A stretch of 62,530 nucleotides of DNA from an uncultured Chromatiaceae bacterium. GTDB lineage: Bacteria; Pseudomonadota; Gammaproteobacteria; Chromatiales; Chromatiaceae. Location of the stretch: positions 1 through 62,530 of the forward strand of contig CAYYHR010000002.1 of NCBI GenBank assembly GCA_964471705.1. The letters run 5' to 3'. Position numbers and translations under genes: made by a program. Each line of letters starts with the position of its first letter. The first letter of the stretch is position 1. Positions 1 to 10,011 of this stretch are shown here, in pieces. The notes beneath the pieces are model-generated. The model was not told the origin of the DNA. It searched no databases and was given only the letters and a program-made list of their open reading frames with translations.

Positions 1-52
1 TGCCAGTGAGGTTTCTAGAGAGTGGGATTAAGAGATAAGGCGTTGATTTGGT

Positions 53-128
<76 letters not shown>

Positions 129-214
129 GATCTGTTCGAGGATTTGCGACCGGACTCGAGCTTTCGATACAAAACTTCGAGCGCATTCTCTGCAACGGAC
201 GATCGCGGGGACGA

Positions 215-245
215 ATTCTAGCACTTTTCAGTCGGAGCCTGACAA
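215..245 (-). promoter_or_regulatory. Candidate sigma70 promoter for tRNA-Ala
   Basis: Minus strand TTGTCA-N19-TAGAAT with TG of an extended -10 (TGC TAGAAT), about 90 nt upstream of the tRNA 5' end. Confidence 0.45.
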
Positions 246-361
246 GCCGGCTCGACTTTTTCGTACCCTTGCTCTCTAGGGTCTAGAGTAGGATGGATCT
301 GGAAGTTTCCGCCTTTTCACGGGTCCGGATCGCTATATTTCTCGACGGAGGTCTCTGATCC

Positions 362-1063
362 ATGCCCCGGATCTCGGTGATCATTCCCTGTCTGAACGAA
401 GCGGCGATCTGCGCCGAGAGACTCGGAGAGATGCAATCACTGCGTCGGGAGGGGCATGAGCTGATCCTGGTGGACGGGGGCAGCTCCGATCGTACTCCTT
501 TGCTTGCGGAAGGTCTGGTCGACCGGCTACTGGCCGGACCTCGTGGCCGTGCGGTCCAGATGAATCTGGGGGCAGAGGCGGCACGCGGCGATGTGCTCTG
601 GCTTCTGCATCTGGATAGTCGCCTTCCGGATCGGGCATCCTCGATGCTGCTGAAAGAGGCCCTGGAAGGACGGGGATGGGGCCGCTTCGATGTCCGACTC
701 AGCGGTGCTGTGTTCATGTTCCGGGTGATCGAGCGCATGATGAACCTGCGCAGTCGCCTCACCGGTATGGTCACGGGGGATCAGGGGCTGTTCGTACGCA
801 GGGACCTCTTCGAGCGCGTCGGCGGCTTTCCGCCGATTGCCCTCATGGAGGACCTGGCGATCAGCAAGCGCCTCGGGCGGATTGCTCGACCGGCTTGCCT
901 GCGGGCCCGCATCCTCACCTCCAGCCGGCGCTGGGAACGGGACGGTGTCTGGCGGACCATCGCGCTGATGTGGTTTCTGCGTGCGGCCTATCACCTCGGT
1001 GCCGATACCGATCGGCTTGCGCGCCTCTACTACCCATGCACTCCCCCGACGCGAGGATACTGA
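362..1063 (+). CDS. GT2 family glycosyltransferase, TIGR04283-like (rSAM/selenodomain-associated transferase 2)
   Basis: ISVIIPCLNE, VDGGSSD, GRAVQMNLGA, TGDQGLFVRR..F..VGGFP.I.LMED and TSSRRW motifs; paired with the downstream TIGR04282-like gene. Confidence 0.88.
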   Translation: MPRISVIIPCLNEAAICAERLGEMQSLRREGHELILVDGGSSDRTPLLAEGLVDRLLAGPRGRAVQMNLGAEAARGDVLWLLHLDSRLPDRASSMLLKEALEGRGWGRFDVRLSGAVFMFRVIERMMNLRSRLTGMVTGDQGLFVRRDLFERVGGFPPIALMEDLAISKRLGRIARPACLRARILTSSRRWERDGVWRTIALMWFLRAAYHLGADTDRLARLYYPCTPPTRGY

Positions 1064-1665
1064 TCTTCGCCAAGGCCCCCGTGGCGGGCCGGGTCAAGAC
1101 TCGCCTGATACCCGCTCTCGGCCCGCAGGGTGCTGCGGACCTGCACAAACGGCTGCTCCTGAGCACGGTGGCTCGGCTGGGGACGGCGCGAGTGGCGCCG
1201 ATCGAGCTCTGGTGTGCGCCGGATCCCGGTCAGGATCCCTTCCCCGAGCTTGCAGATCGGTATGGGGTCGCGCTTTGCGGGCAGCGCGGGGCGGATCTCG
1301 GGGAGCGGATGTACCATGCCGCAAGGGATGCCCTTTGCCGTTGCGAAAAGGTATTGTTGATAGGCACGGACTGCCCGCTGCTCGATGCTGGATATCTCCG
1401 CCGGGCAATGGAGGCGTTGAAAGAGCACGAGGCGGTCCTGGGTCCTGCGCAGGACGGGGGCTATGTGCTGCTGGGGTTGAAACGGGCCGTCGGCGGCCTG
1501 TTCCGTGACATGCCCTGGGGAGGCGACCGCGTTGCGGCGATTACACGGGATCGTATGGCGGCGGGAGGTTGGAAGTGGGCGGAGCTGCCGATCTTGTGGG
1601 ATCTGGATCGTCCGGACGACTTGGAGCGCATGCTTCCGAGCTTTCGGCCTTGGCGCGCGGTTTGA
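1036..1665 (+). CDS. TIGR04282/DUF2064-like nucleotidyltransferase-fold protein (rSAM/selenodomain-associated transferase 1)
   Basis: From ATG 1036: IFAKAPVAGRVKTRL, Q.G.DLGERM, IGTDCP, LGPAQDGGYVLLGL, WDLDRPDDL. Overlaps the upstream gene by 28 nt. Confidence 0.88.
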   Translation: MHSPDARILIFAKAPVAGRVKTRLIPALGPQGAADLHKRLLLSTVARLGTARVAPIELWCAPDPGQDPFPELADRYGVALCGQRGADLGERMYHAARDALCRCEKVLLIGTDCPLLDAGYLRRAMEALKEHEAVLGPAQDGGYVLLGLKRAVGGLFRDMPWGGDRVAAITRDRMAAGGWKWAELPILWDLDRPDDLERMLPSFRPWRAV

Positions 1666-1809
1666 GCTTAGCCCCGGTTCTCCAGAACTTCCGGTCACAG
1701 GTCGCTGCACCAAATCTCCGATCGGGCCGGATCTGCGCCGGGGCAGGTTACAATCTCGGGTGACTGGTTCCCAGGAGGGCCGGGGAGCGATGAGCCTTTC
1801 GTTTCTGCT

Positions 1810-2619
1810 TCAGCGCTGCAGGATGAGCTCCAGAACGGCCTTGCTGCCGAAGTAGGCCAGCATCAGGATGACAAAGCCGCTCAGGGTCCAGATGATGGCC
1901 GTTCGGCCACGCCAGCCGTAACGTATGCGCCCTAGAAGAAGGGCTCCGAAGACCAGCCAGCCGAGGACGGAGAGCACGGTCTTGTGAGCCAAGTGCTGTG
2001 CGAACATATCTTCGAGGAAGGCAAAGCCGCTCACCAGGGCCAGGGTGAGGAGGACAAAGCCGGCGCCGATCATCTCGAACAGCAGGTTTTCCATGGTCTG
2101 CAAGGGAGGCAAGGCGCGCAGGAAGCCGGCCGGCTGGCGGTTGTGCAGGTGGTGATCCTGGACGGCGAGCAGAATCGCCTGCACGCTCGCCAGGGTGAGC
2201 AGGCTGTAGGCCAGCATGGAGAGCAGCACGTGGATCTTGATCGCCCAGCCTTTCGACGCGTGCATGAAGCCAAGGCTCGGATAGTGGACTTCGAGAAACA
2301 GGGTCAGTGCTGCGATCGGCAGGATGAGGATCCCCAGGTTTTCGACGGGCTTGGTGAGACTGGAAACCAGCAATAGGATGACCACGGTCCAGGAGGTCAG
2401 CGCCAGGGCGTTGAAGAAGGCCAGGTTCAGTCCGGGATGGCTGAATATGGCGTCGTAGATCAGCCAGGTGTGCAGGGCCAGCCCGGCGAAGCCGAGCCCG
2501 AGAGTCAGCGGGCGTCCGGGCATACCCGGCTCGTCGCGCCGGAACAGCCTCAGGCCGATCAGGGTGGCGGCGGCCAGATAGAGAAGGATGGCTCCGTAGG
2601 CGATCAGGGCATGGCTCAT
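1810..2619 (-). CDS. ypjD: Cytochrome c assembly protein family inner membrane protein (YpjD/CcsA-like)
   Basis: From ATG 2619 (MSHALIAYG): multi-TM, LPPLQTMENLLF, HKTVLS, GWRGR, LAYFGSK; classic position divergent from ffh. Confidence 0.88.
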   Translation of the reverse strand: MSHALIAYGAILLYLAAATLIGLRLFRRDEPGMPGRPLTLGLGFAGLALHTWLIYDAIFSHPGLNLAFFNALALTSWTVVILLLVSSLTKPVENLGILILPIAALTLFLEVHYPSLGFMHASKGWAIKIHVLLSMLAYSLLTLASVQAILLAVQDHHLHNRQPAGFLRALPPLQTMENLLFEMIGAGFVLLTLALVSGFAFLEDMFAQHLAHKTVLSVLGWLVFGALLLGRIRYGWRGRTAIIWTLSGFVILMLAYFGSKAVLELILQR

Positions 2620-2767
2620 AAGGCCGGATGATGGCACAAAGGTGCGAGTGGGGAAAAGCGGCTCCCGGATGAGATGCCGGCCGGGCTGCGGGCGTACCGG
2701 CGATTTCCCACGAGGGTCGGAGCCGGCGCGGCACCCTTTCGATACAAGTACCTCAACGAGGTGGAAG

Positions 2768-4141
2768 ATGTTCGAGAATCTCCAGGATCGCTTCGGCAGA
2801 GTCCTCAAGAACGTCCGGGGCGTGGGGCGGCTTACCGAGTCCAACGTCAAGGACACCATGCGCGAGGTCCGGATGGCCCTGCTGGAGGCCGATGTGGCAC
2901 TGCCGGTGGTGCGCGACTTCGTGGAGCAGGTGCGCGCAAAGGCCATGGGCGAGAATGTGCTCGGAAGCCTTACCCCGGGCCAGACCCTGGTCAAGATCGT
3001 CAACGATGAGCTGATCCGGCTGATGGGGGAGGCCAACGAGGGTCTCGCCCTGAACGTGCAGCCCCCGGCGGTGATCCTGATGGCTGGTCTGCAGGGCTCG
3101 GGTAAGACTACCAGCGCCGCCAAGCTCGCGCGCTGGCTCCGGGAAAAGCAGAGAAAGAAGGTCATGCTGGTCAGCTGCGACGTCTATCGCCCGGCGGCCA
3201 TCGAGCAGCTTCGGACCTTGGCGGAGGAGGTCCAGGTCGAGCTCTTCCCCAGCAACGCGGATCAGAAGCCGGTGGAGATCGCCCGGCGAGCCCTGGATGA
3301 GGCGCGTCGCCATCTCCTGGACGTCCTCATCGTCGACACCGCAGGACGGCTGCACGTCGACGAGGCCATGATGGATGAGATCAAGGCCCTGCACGGGGCC
3401 GTCTCGCCTGCGGAGACCCTGTTCGTAGTGGACAGCATGACCGGGCAGGATGCCGCCAAGACCGCCAAGGCCTTCGACGATGCCTTGCCCCTGACCGGGG
3501 TCGTGCTCACCAAGACCGATGGTGATGCCCGCGGCGGTGCGGCCCTGTCGATTCGCCACATCACGGGCAAGCCGATCAAGTTCCTCGGCGTCGGGGAGAA
3601 GAGCGCGGCCTTGGAGCCCTTCTACCCCGACCGCGTGGCCTCGCGCATCCTGGGCATGGGGGATGTGCTTTCCCTGGTCGAAGAGGTGCAGAGCACGGTA
3701 GACCGGGAGAAGGCAGAGAATCTGGTCAAGAAGCTCAGGAAGGGCAAGGCCTTCGATCTGGCGGACTTTCGCGAGCAGCTCCAGGAGATGTCCAAGCTGG
3801 GCGGGATGACCGGAATCATGGACAAGCTCCCGGGAATGAGCGAGATCCCGGATGCGGTCAAGAGCCAGGTGAACGACAAAGAGCTCGCCAAGCTGATTGC
3901 CATCGTCAACTCCATGACTCCCCAGGAGCGTGCATTTCCGGCGGTTATCAAGGGCTCCCGCAAGCGTCGCATCGCCGCCGGTTCGGGCACCCAGATCCAG
4001 GACGTCAATCGCTTGCTCAAGCAGTTCACTCAGATGCAGAAAATGATGAAGAAGATGAAGGGCGGAGGCATGGCGAAGATGATGCGCGGCCTCAAGGGCC
4101 GGATGCCGGGGGGGATGCCTCCCGGGGGCTTTCCTTTCTGA
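2768..4141 (+). CDS. ffh: Signal recognition particle protein Ffh
   Basis: MFENL start, GLQGSGKTT, DTAGR, TKTDGDARGGAALS, SRKRRIAAGSG, Met-rich M domain. Confidence 0.98.
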   Translation: MFENLQDRFGRVLKNVRGVGRLTESNVKDTMREVRMALLEADVALPVVRDFVEQVRAKAMGENVLGSLTPGQTLVKIVNDELIRLMGEANEGLALNVQPPAVILMAGLQGSGKTTSAAKLARWLREKQRKKVMLVSCDVYRPAAIEQLRTLAEEVQVELFPSNADQKPVEIARRALDEARRHLLDVLIVDTAGRLHVDEAMMDEIKALHGAVSPAETLFVVDSMTGQDAAKTAKAFDDALPLTGVVLTKTDGDARGGAALSIRHITGKPIKFLGVGEKSAALEPFYPDRVASRILGMGDVLSLVEEVQSTVDREKAENLVKKLRKGKAFDLADFREQLQEMSKLGGMTGIMDKLPGMSEIPDAVKSQVNDKELAKLIAIVNSMTPQERAFPAVIKGSRKRRIAAGSGTQIQDVNRLLKQFTQMQKMMKKMKGGGMAKMMRGLKGRMPGGMPPGGFPF

Positions 4142-4224
4142 TGTAGCTTCCAATTCTCGCCTGTTTGTGTATAGTGGCGCGTTTATCCGCAGTGTACTGT
4201 ACTGCTTCGTATCCAGGGTTGAGC

Positions 4225-4557
4225 ATGGTATCGATTCGCTTGTCAAGGGCCGGCGCCAAGAAGCGCCCCTTCTATCAAATCGTCGTCGCCGACGCGCGGC
4301 TCAAGCGCGACGGCCGTTACATCGAGCGCATCGGCTTCTTCAATCCGATCGCCGCCGGTGGAGAGACGCGGCTGCGGCTCGACCGGGCGCGTGCGGAGCA
4401 CTGGATCGCGGGGGGTGCCAAGCCGTCCGATCGCGTTGCCAAGCTGCTGAAGGAGTCGGGTACCGAGCCTGAGAGCGTGACCGAGACCGAGATCGGGGAG
4501 GCGCCGGCTGCGACGGTGGATGAGTCTGCCCCCGAGGCGGTGACCGCCGCGACCTGA
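4225..4557 (+). CDS. rpsP: 30S ribosomal protein S16 with acidic C-terminal tail
   Basis: [23 protein letters not shown]...[14 protein letters not shown]; first gene of rpsP-rimM-trmD-rplS. Confidence 0.97.
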   Translation: MVSIRLSRAGAKKRPFYQIVVADARLKRDGRYIERIGFFNPIAAGGETRLRLDRARAEHWIAGGAKPSDRVAKLLKESGTEPESVTETEIGEAPAATVDESAPEAVTAAT

Positions 4558-4585
4558 GCAGATCCAAGGGGGCGCCGCTGCCGGA

Positions 4586-5095
4586 ATGGAGAGGCGGGCT
4601 CGGCAACGGACGCTGGTATTGGGCCGTATCACGGGGCTCTACGGTGTGCGCGGCTGGGTAAAGGTCTTCTCCGAGACCGAGCCGCGAGAGAATATCCTGA
4701 GCTATCAGCCCTGGCTGCTGGGTGAATCCTGCACGCCTTGCAGGCTCATGGAGGGTCGTCGGCAGGGGAAAGGCTTGGTGGCGAAGCTGGAGGGCTGCGA
4801 CGATCGGGACCGGGCCGCAGCCTTTGTGGGTCAGGTGATTTCTGTACGCCGAGATCAGCTGCCCCCGGCGGGGACAGAGGAATTCTATTGGGCCGATCTG
4901 GAAGGGCTGAGTGTGGAGACCCTGAGTGGCATTCGCCTCGGTCGGGTCGGGCGTTTGTTTGCCACTGCCGCCAATGACGTGATGGTGGTCGAGGGGGAGC
5001 GGGAGAGGCTGGTTCCCTTCCTGTGGGGTCGGGTCGTCCGGGAGGTAGATTTGGAGCTCGGCCGGATTCGGGTCGATTGGGAGCCGGATTTCTAG
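4586..5095 (+). CDS. rimM: Ribosome maturation factor RimM
   Basis: GRITGLYGVRGWVKV, EFYWADLEG, ANDVMVV, VDWEPDF; synteny. Confidence 0.96.
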   Translation: MERRARQRTLVLGRITGLYGVRGWVKVFSETEPRENILSYQPWLLGESCTPCRLMEGRRQGKGLVAKLEGCDDRDRAAAFVGQVISVRRDQLPPAGTEEFYWADLEGLSVETLSGIRLGRVGRLFATAANDVMVVEGERERLVPFLWGRVVREVDLELGRIRVDWEPDF

Positions 5096-5120
5096 CGGAT
5101 AGCGGGCGGATTTCGCGATC

Positions 5121-5888
5121 GTGCGCTTCGATGTCGTCAGCCTTTTCCCCGAGCTGTTTCGGATCCTCGAGGGACAAGGGGTCATAGGCCGGGCGCTCCA
5201 GCGGGGTATCGCGGAGCTGCATCTCTGGAGCCCGAGGGACTACACGCAGGACCGGCACCGCACTGTGGATGACCGTCCCTACGGCGGGGGTCCGGGAATG
5301 GTCATGAAGGTGGAGCCTCTGCGGGCTGCCATCGAGGACGCGAAAGGAGCCGCGCCGGATAGTCGGGTAGCCTATCTCACGCCCCAAGGGCGCAGCCTCG
5401 ATCAGGGGGCGATCTCACAGATCGCTACCCGGCCCGGCTGGATCCTGGTCGCAGGCCGCTACGAGGGGGTGGACGAGCGACTGGTGGAGCGCTGCGTGGA
5501 CGAGGAATGGTCCATCGGGGATTATGTCGTGAGCGGTGGTGAGCTGCCCGCCATGATCGTCATGGATGCGGTGATCCGCCTCCTGCCGGGGGCCTTGGGT
5601 CATGAGGGCTCGGCCAGGGAAGACTCCCATATGGACGGCCTGCTGGATTTCCCTCACTACACGCGGCCCGAGGTGATCGCAGGCGTGCCCGTGCCCGAGG
5701 TGCTCCTGAGCGGCGATCATGCGGCCATCGCACGCTGGCGACTCCAACAGGCGCTCGGGCGGACTTGGCTGAGGCGCCCGGATCTGCTGGAGCGCCGCGG
5801 TCTGAGCCCCGAAGAGCAGACACTGTTGAACGAGTTTATCCGGGCGTACCGAGACCCGGAACGAGTATCAGGAGCGAGAGCGTCATGA
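5121..5888 (+). CDS. trmD: tRNA (guanine-N1)-methyltransferase TrmD
   Basis: [40 protein letters not shown]; GTG start. Confidence 0.98.
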   Translation: MRFDVVSLFPELFRILEGQGVIGRALQRGIAELHLWSPRDYTQDRHRTVDDRPYGGGPGMVMKVEPLRAAIEDAKGAAPDSRVAYLTPQGRSLDQGAISQIATRPGWILVAGRYEGVDERLVERCVDEEWSIGDYVVSGGELPAMIVMDAVIRLLPGALGHEGSAREDSHMDGLLDFPHYTRPEVIAGVPVPEVLLSGDHAAIARWRLQQALGRTWLRRPDLLERRGLSPEEQTLLNEFIRAYRDPERVSGARAS

Positions 5889-6226
5889 ACATCATCGAGG
5901 AGCTCGAGAGAGAGCAGATGAACCGCGAGGTCCCGGATTTCGCGCCCGGCGACACATTGGTTGTGAAGGTCAAGGTCAAGGAGGGAAATCGCGAGCGCCT
6001 CCAGGCCTTCGAGGGTATCTGCATCGCCAAGCGCAACCGCGGTCTCAATTCCGCGTTTACTGTGCGCAAGATGTCCCACGGCGAGGGCGTGGAGCGAGTC
6101 TTTCAGACCTACAGCCCGGCGCTCGCCGGTATCCAGGTCAAGCGTCGCGGCGACGTACGTCGGGCCAAGCTCTACTATCTGCGTGGCCGCACCGGAAAGG
6201 CGGCACGGATCAAGGAGAAGGTTTAA
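5885..6226 (+). CDS. rplS: 50S ribosomal protein L19
   Basis: [37 protein letters not shown]; ATGA overlap with trmD. Confidence 0.98.
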   Translation: MNIIEELEREQMNREVPDFAPGDTLVVKVKVKEGNRERLQAFEGICIAKRNRGLNSAFTVRKMSHGEGVERVFQTYSPALAGIQVKRRGDVRRAKLYYLRGRTGKAARIKEKV

Positions 6227-6230
6227 GGGC

Positions 6231-6275
6231 CGGAAAAATCATCCCGAAGGCACGGATGATTTTCCGAAGGTTTTG
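6231..6275 (+). terminator. Hairpin after rplS, probable intrinsic terminator or attenuator
   Basis: CGGAAAAATCATCC...GGATGATTTTCCG imperfect stem followed shortly by TTTTG. Confidence 0.5.
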
Positions 6276-6277
6276 TC

Positions 6278-7714
6278 TTGACCAAGACCTTCTTCTGGCA
6301 CGATTACGAAACCTGGGGCTCCGATCCGCGCAGGGACCGACCCGCCCAGTTCGCGGGGCTGCGTACCGATGAGGACCTGAATCCCGTCGGCGAGCCCCTG
6401 GTCGTCTTCTGCCGTCCCCCGTACGACCTGCTTCCCCAGCCCGATGCGTGCCTGGTCACAGGCATTTCACCCCAACGTGCGGAGGCGGAGGGTCTCGTCG
6501 AGGCCGAGTTTGCGAGAGCCGTTCACCGCGAGATGGTACGGCCCGGTACCTGCGGTGCCGGCTACAACAGCATCCGCTTCGATGACGAGGTCACGCGCCA
6601 TCTTCTCTACCGCAATTTCTATGATCCCTATGCGCGCGAGTGGCAGGGCGGCAACTCGCGATGGGATCTGATCGATGCACTGCGTCTCGCGCATGCCCTG
6701 CGCCCGGAGGGTATCGAATGGCCCACCCATGAGGATGGGGCTGCCACCTTTCGCCTCGAGCACCTGACAGCCGCCAACGGGATCGAGCACGCGGATGCCC
6801 ACGATGCCCTGGCGGATGTTCGCGCCACCCTGGGCATGGCGCGGCTGCTCAAGGCACACCAGCCGCGGCTATTCGATTATGCCCTGTCACTTCGCTCCAA
6901 GCGCCTGGTCCAGGACCTCTTGGACCAGGGCGGTCCGCTGCTCCATGTCTCGGCCCGCTATCCCGCCGAGCTGGGCTGCATCGCACCCGTGCTGCCGGTG
7001 GCGCGACACCCGGTCAACAGCAACGGGATCGTCTGCTTCGATCTGCGCCAGGACCCGGAGCCGCTGCTCGAGCTCGACGTGGAAGAGGTCCACCGTCGCC
7101 TCTTCACGCCGACGCAGGATCTGCCCGAGGGCTTGCAGAGGATTCCCCTCAAGACCGTGCACATCAATCGCTGCCCTATGCTGGCCCCCATGAAGACCCT
7201 GACGGCGGAGGCTGCCGAGCGCTGGCGGATCGATGATGCGCTCGTCGCTCGCCATGCCCGAAGACTGCAAGTCGCGCCCGCGTTGGCAGAGAAAATACAG
7301 CGCGCTCACAGCCTGGCCGTCCCCCCGCCTGAGACGGACCCGGATCTGATGCTCTATTCGGGAGGCTTTTTCTCCGATGGCGACCGGCGCGAGATGGCGC
7401 GCCTGCGTGCGCTGACGCCGCAGGAGCTGGCAGAGCAGAGGCTCGTCTTCGAGGACCCGCGATTACCCGAGATGCTGTTCCGCTACCGGGCTCGCAACTG
7501 GCCCCACAGCCTTTCCGAAGATGAGCGCGAGGAGTGGGATGCCTATCGCCTGCAAAGCCTGACCGAGCCCGGCGCAGGGGCCAGTGTTACACTCGACGCT
7601 TACCAGGAGCGCCTGGTTGCCCTGCGCGGAGAGTCGTCCGATGATCCGGAGCGGCTCGCCTTGCTGGATGACCTGGAGCAGTGGGTGGACCGGCTGATGG
7701 ACATGTCTGAATGA
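6278..7714 (+). CDS. sbcB: Exodeoxyribonuclease I
   Basis: WHDYETWG..P..DRPAQFAG (ExoI), GYNSIRFDDE (ExoII), AHDALADV (ExoIII), FRYRARN; TTG start. Confidence 0.96.
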   Translation: MTKTFFWHDYETWGSDPRRDRPAQFAGLRTDEDLNPVGEPLVVFCRPPYDLLPQPDACLVTGISPQRAEAEGLVEAEFARAVHREMVRPGTCGAGYNSIRFDDEVTRHLLYRNFYDPYAREWQGGNSRWDLIDALRLAHALRPEGIEWPTHEDGAATFRLEHLTAANGIEHADAHDALADVRATLGMARLLKAHQPRLFDYALSLRSKRLVQDLLDQGGPLLHVSARYPAELGCIAPVLPVARHPVNSNGIVCFDLRQDPEPLLELDVEEVHRRLFTPTQDLPEGLQRIPLKTVHINRCPMLAPMKTLTAEAAERWRIDDALVARHARRLQVAPALAEKIQRAHSLAVPPPETDPDLMLYSGGFFSDGDRREMARLRALTPQELAEQRLVFEDPRLPEMLFRYRARNWPHSLSEDEREEWDAYRLQSLTEPGAGASVTLDAYQERLVALRGESSDDPERLALLDDLEQWVDRLMDMSE

Positions 7715-9909
7715 TCAAGCTGTTGAAGTTCCTCGCCGCGCTGGTGCTTTTGCTGGTCGTCGCGGCGGTCTTTGCCTCTTACCTGATCGACTCGGACGAC
7801 TTCAAGAGCCGGGTTGAGTCGGCCTTTGCCTCTGCCACGGGGCGTCAGTTGGTCATCGCCGGGCACCTGCGGATATCCCTGGCTCCCAAACTGGCCTTGG
7901 AGGTTACGGATGTCTCCGTACCCGAAGCCTTCGGCACCCGAGGTCCAGACCGCGTGGCAGCCGACAAGTTGCGTATTTATCCCCGCTTGTCGCCGTTGCT
8001 TCGGGGCCGATTGGTGCTGGGGTCGGTCCGTGTCGATGGCGGGCGCCTGGAGTGGACCCAGGACGGGCAGGGCAAGACCGACCTGGGTGACCGACCGTCC
8101 TACTCCCGGTGGTTGGCGATCGACGACCTGGAGGGCGTCGCAGGTCCCATAGGTGCCGGTGAGCCGGTAGCCTTCCATCTGAATGGGTTGGTGGGCGGCC
8201 GGGACGGCGAGACGCCCGCTCGGCTTCGGGCCGAGGGCGAGCTCGTGATCGCGGATCCACGGCGGCTACAGTTGGATGCACTGACTGTCGATCTGCAGGG
8301 ATTGCAGGTGAGAAAGGGGCTAGCGGCGGATCTGGTACTGCATACGTCACTGGACGCCGATCACGATGCCAGGCGCTATCTGACCGACGGCCTGGCTCTG
8401 GATATCCATGCCTTCGGTGAGGCACTGGCGGGTGGTCGGATCGAGGCGAGGGCCGGTGCCCGAGTGGAGCTGGACCTGGGCGCAGGGAGCCTCATGGTCA
8501 GCGACTTTCGTCTCCGGTCGGGGGGCCTGTCCGCGACAGGTGCCGCCCGGGGACGAGACCTGCTGTCCAGCCCCCTTGTCGAGGGCAATCTGGTGGTGGA
8601 CGAGCTGGACCTGCGCGCGTGGCTCAGGCAACAGGGTCTGCCCATTCCGGCGATGGCGGACGCAGAGACCTTCAGGCGCTTTTCCCTGAGCACGAACTGG
8701 CACTGGAAGGGCGATCGGTACGTCTTCGAAGATTTGGTTGTGCGTGTCGATCAGACGAGGCTTACGGGGAAGGCCGAGCGGATTGCGACCAGCCCGCCGG
8801 GGTATCGATTCGACCTCGTGGCCGACCGGATGGACCTGGATCGCTACCTCCAACCTTCCCAACGAACGCGGGCAAAGTCTACAAGGAAGCAGCGGATGCC
8901 GAAGGCGGCGAGCGAGCCCGCGGTTTCCAAGGGGCCGGTGGCGGAGCAGCTGTCTTCCGAGCAACCTGCGTCGAGTAAACCTACTACGGGGACAGACGCC
9001 GAGACTAGAGCAGCGACACCCCTGACAGACCTGTCGAGGGTCACCTCTCTAATGGGTACCATCAGTGAGCCGGACCTGGAAGGCCGGCTTCATATCGGTG
9101 ATCTCGTGCTGGCGCGTCTTCGTTTCGGAGATGTCGACCTCGGGCTCAGAGGCAAAGAAGGGCGCCTCGATATCCAGGACCAGATGCAGAGCTTCTATGG
9201 AGGACGGCTGGACGGCAGTCTCGGCCTGGACCTGGATGATGTCCAGCCCAGTCTGGCCCTGCAGCAACGTGCCGATCGGATCCGGATGGGTCCCCTGCTC
9301 GCGGACCTGGTGGGGGAGGAGAGGCTCACCGGTCGCGGCAAGATCACGGCGGATCTGAGGGCCCGCGGCCGCACGGCCAATGCGCTGCGACGCAGCCTGG
9401 CCGGGAATCTGACGCTCGAGGTCCCAAAGGGTGTGCTCGAGGGCATCAATCTGGAGACTCTGGTGCGGGAAGCGGATGCCAGATTGAACGGCAAACCTCC
9501 GCCGGAGGACCTGCCGACCAGCACAGATTTCGAGGACTTGAGGGCCAGTGGGCAAATCGAGCAAGGTGTTTTGCACAACCAGGACCTGACCCTGCGTACG
9601 GAGTATCTGCGGGTCACAGGCGCCGGTACCCTCGATCTCGTCCAGGAGCGCTTCGATTACCGTTTCGAGCCCGTGCTCGTAAAGCCTCCCAAGGGCCGAA
9701 GCATCAAGGAGCTGGAGGGGATTCCCATTCCCGTGCACCTGACGGGTCCCTTCGCTCATCCCCGCTGGGACGTAGACCTGAGCAAGGCCCTGCGGGCAGT
9801 GGCGCAGAAGCGTGTCGGCGACCAGGGTGGGACGCTCTTCCACGAGCTGGAGAAGCGCACTCACATCAAGGGGCTGGAGCAGGGACTGAAAAGCTTGCTG
9901 GGGCAGTGA
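7711..9909 (+). CDS. asmA: AsmA family protein
   Basis: N-terminal TM anchor, ATGRQLVIAG, LDLDRYL-like motif, C-terminal GxGTLDL...IPIPVHLTGP; conserved asmA-mutY-yggX order. Confidence 0.88.
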   Translation: MIKLLKFLAALVLLLVVAAVFASYLIDSDDFKSRVESAFASATGRQLVIAGHLRISLAPKLALEVTDVSVPEAFGTRGPDRVAADKLRIYPRLSPLLRGRLVLGSVRVDGGRLEWTQDGQGKTDLGDRPSYSRWLAIDDLEGVAGPIGAGEPVAFHLNGLVGGRDGETPARLRAEGELVIADPRRLQLDALTVDLQGLQVRKGLAADLVLHTSLDADHDARRYLTDGLALDIHAFGEALAGGRIEARAGARVELDLGAGSLMVSDFRLRSGGLSATGAARGRDLLSSPLVEGNLVVDELDLRAWLRQQGLPIPAMADAETFRRFSLSTNWHWKGDRYVFEDLVVRVDQTRLTGKAERIATSPPGYRFDLVADRMDLDRYLQPSQRTRAKSTRKQRMPKAASEPAVSKGPVAEQLSSEQPASSKPTTGTDAETRAATPLTDLSRVTSLMGTISEPDLEGRLHIGDLVLARLRFGDVDLGLRGKEGRLDIQDQMQSFYGGRLDGSLGLDLDDVQPSLALQQRADRIRMGPLLADLVGEERLTGRGKITADLRARGRTANALRRSLAGNLTLEVPKGVLEGINLETLVREADARLNGKPPPEDLPTSTDFEDLRASGQIEQGVLHNQDLTLRTEYLRVTGAGTLDLVQERFDYRFEPVLVKPPKGRSIKELEGIPIPVHLTGPFAHPRWDVDLSKALRAVAQKRVGDQGGTLFHELEKRTHIKGLEQGLKSLLGQ

Positions 9910-10011
9910 TCCCTTGTCCGAGGAGGCGTTTCGACCTCGGCCCGACTTGGACGTAGGCGAGGGCCCGGATCGATCAGAGCGGAATTCCGGAACCTGGGGA
10001 AGTGCGTCCGG

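Noticed and set aside
2753-4246. Long antisense ORFs (e.g. 497 aa opposite ffh; similar ones opposite dnaX, eno, ccoN, gpmI, comEC, msbA)
   Set aside because: Shadow ORFs expected from high GC3 codon bias; they lie opposite well-supported genes and have no motifs.
8860-9065. Low-complexity segment inside asmA suggesting an insertion
   Set aside because: In frame, at the position of the usual variable AsmA linker, with no repeats or intein motifs.
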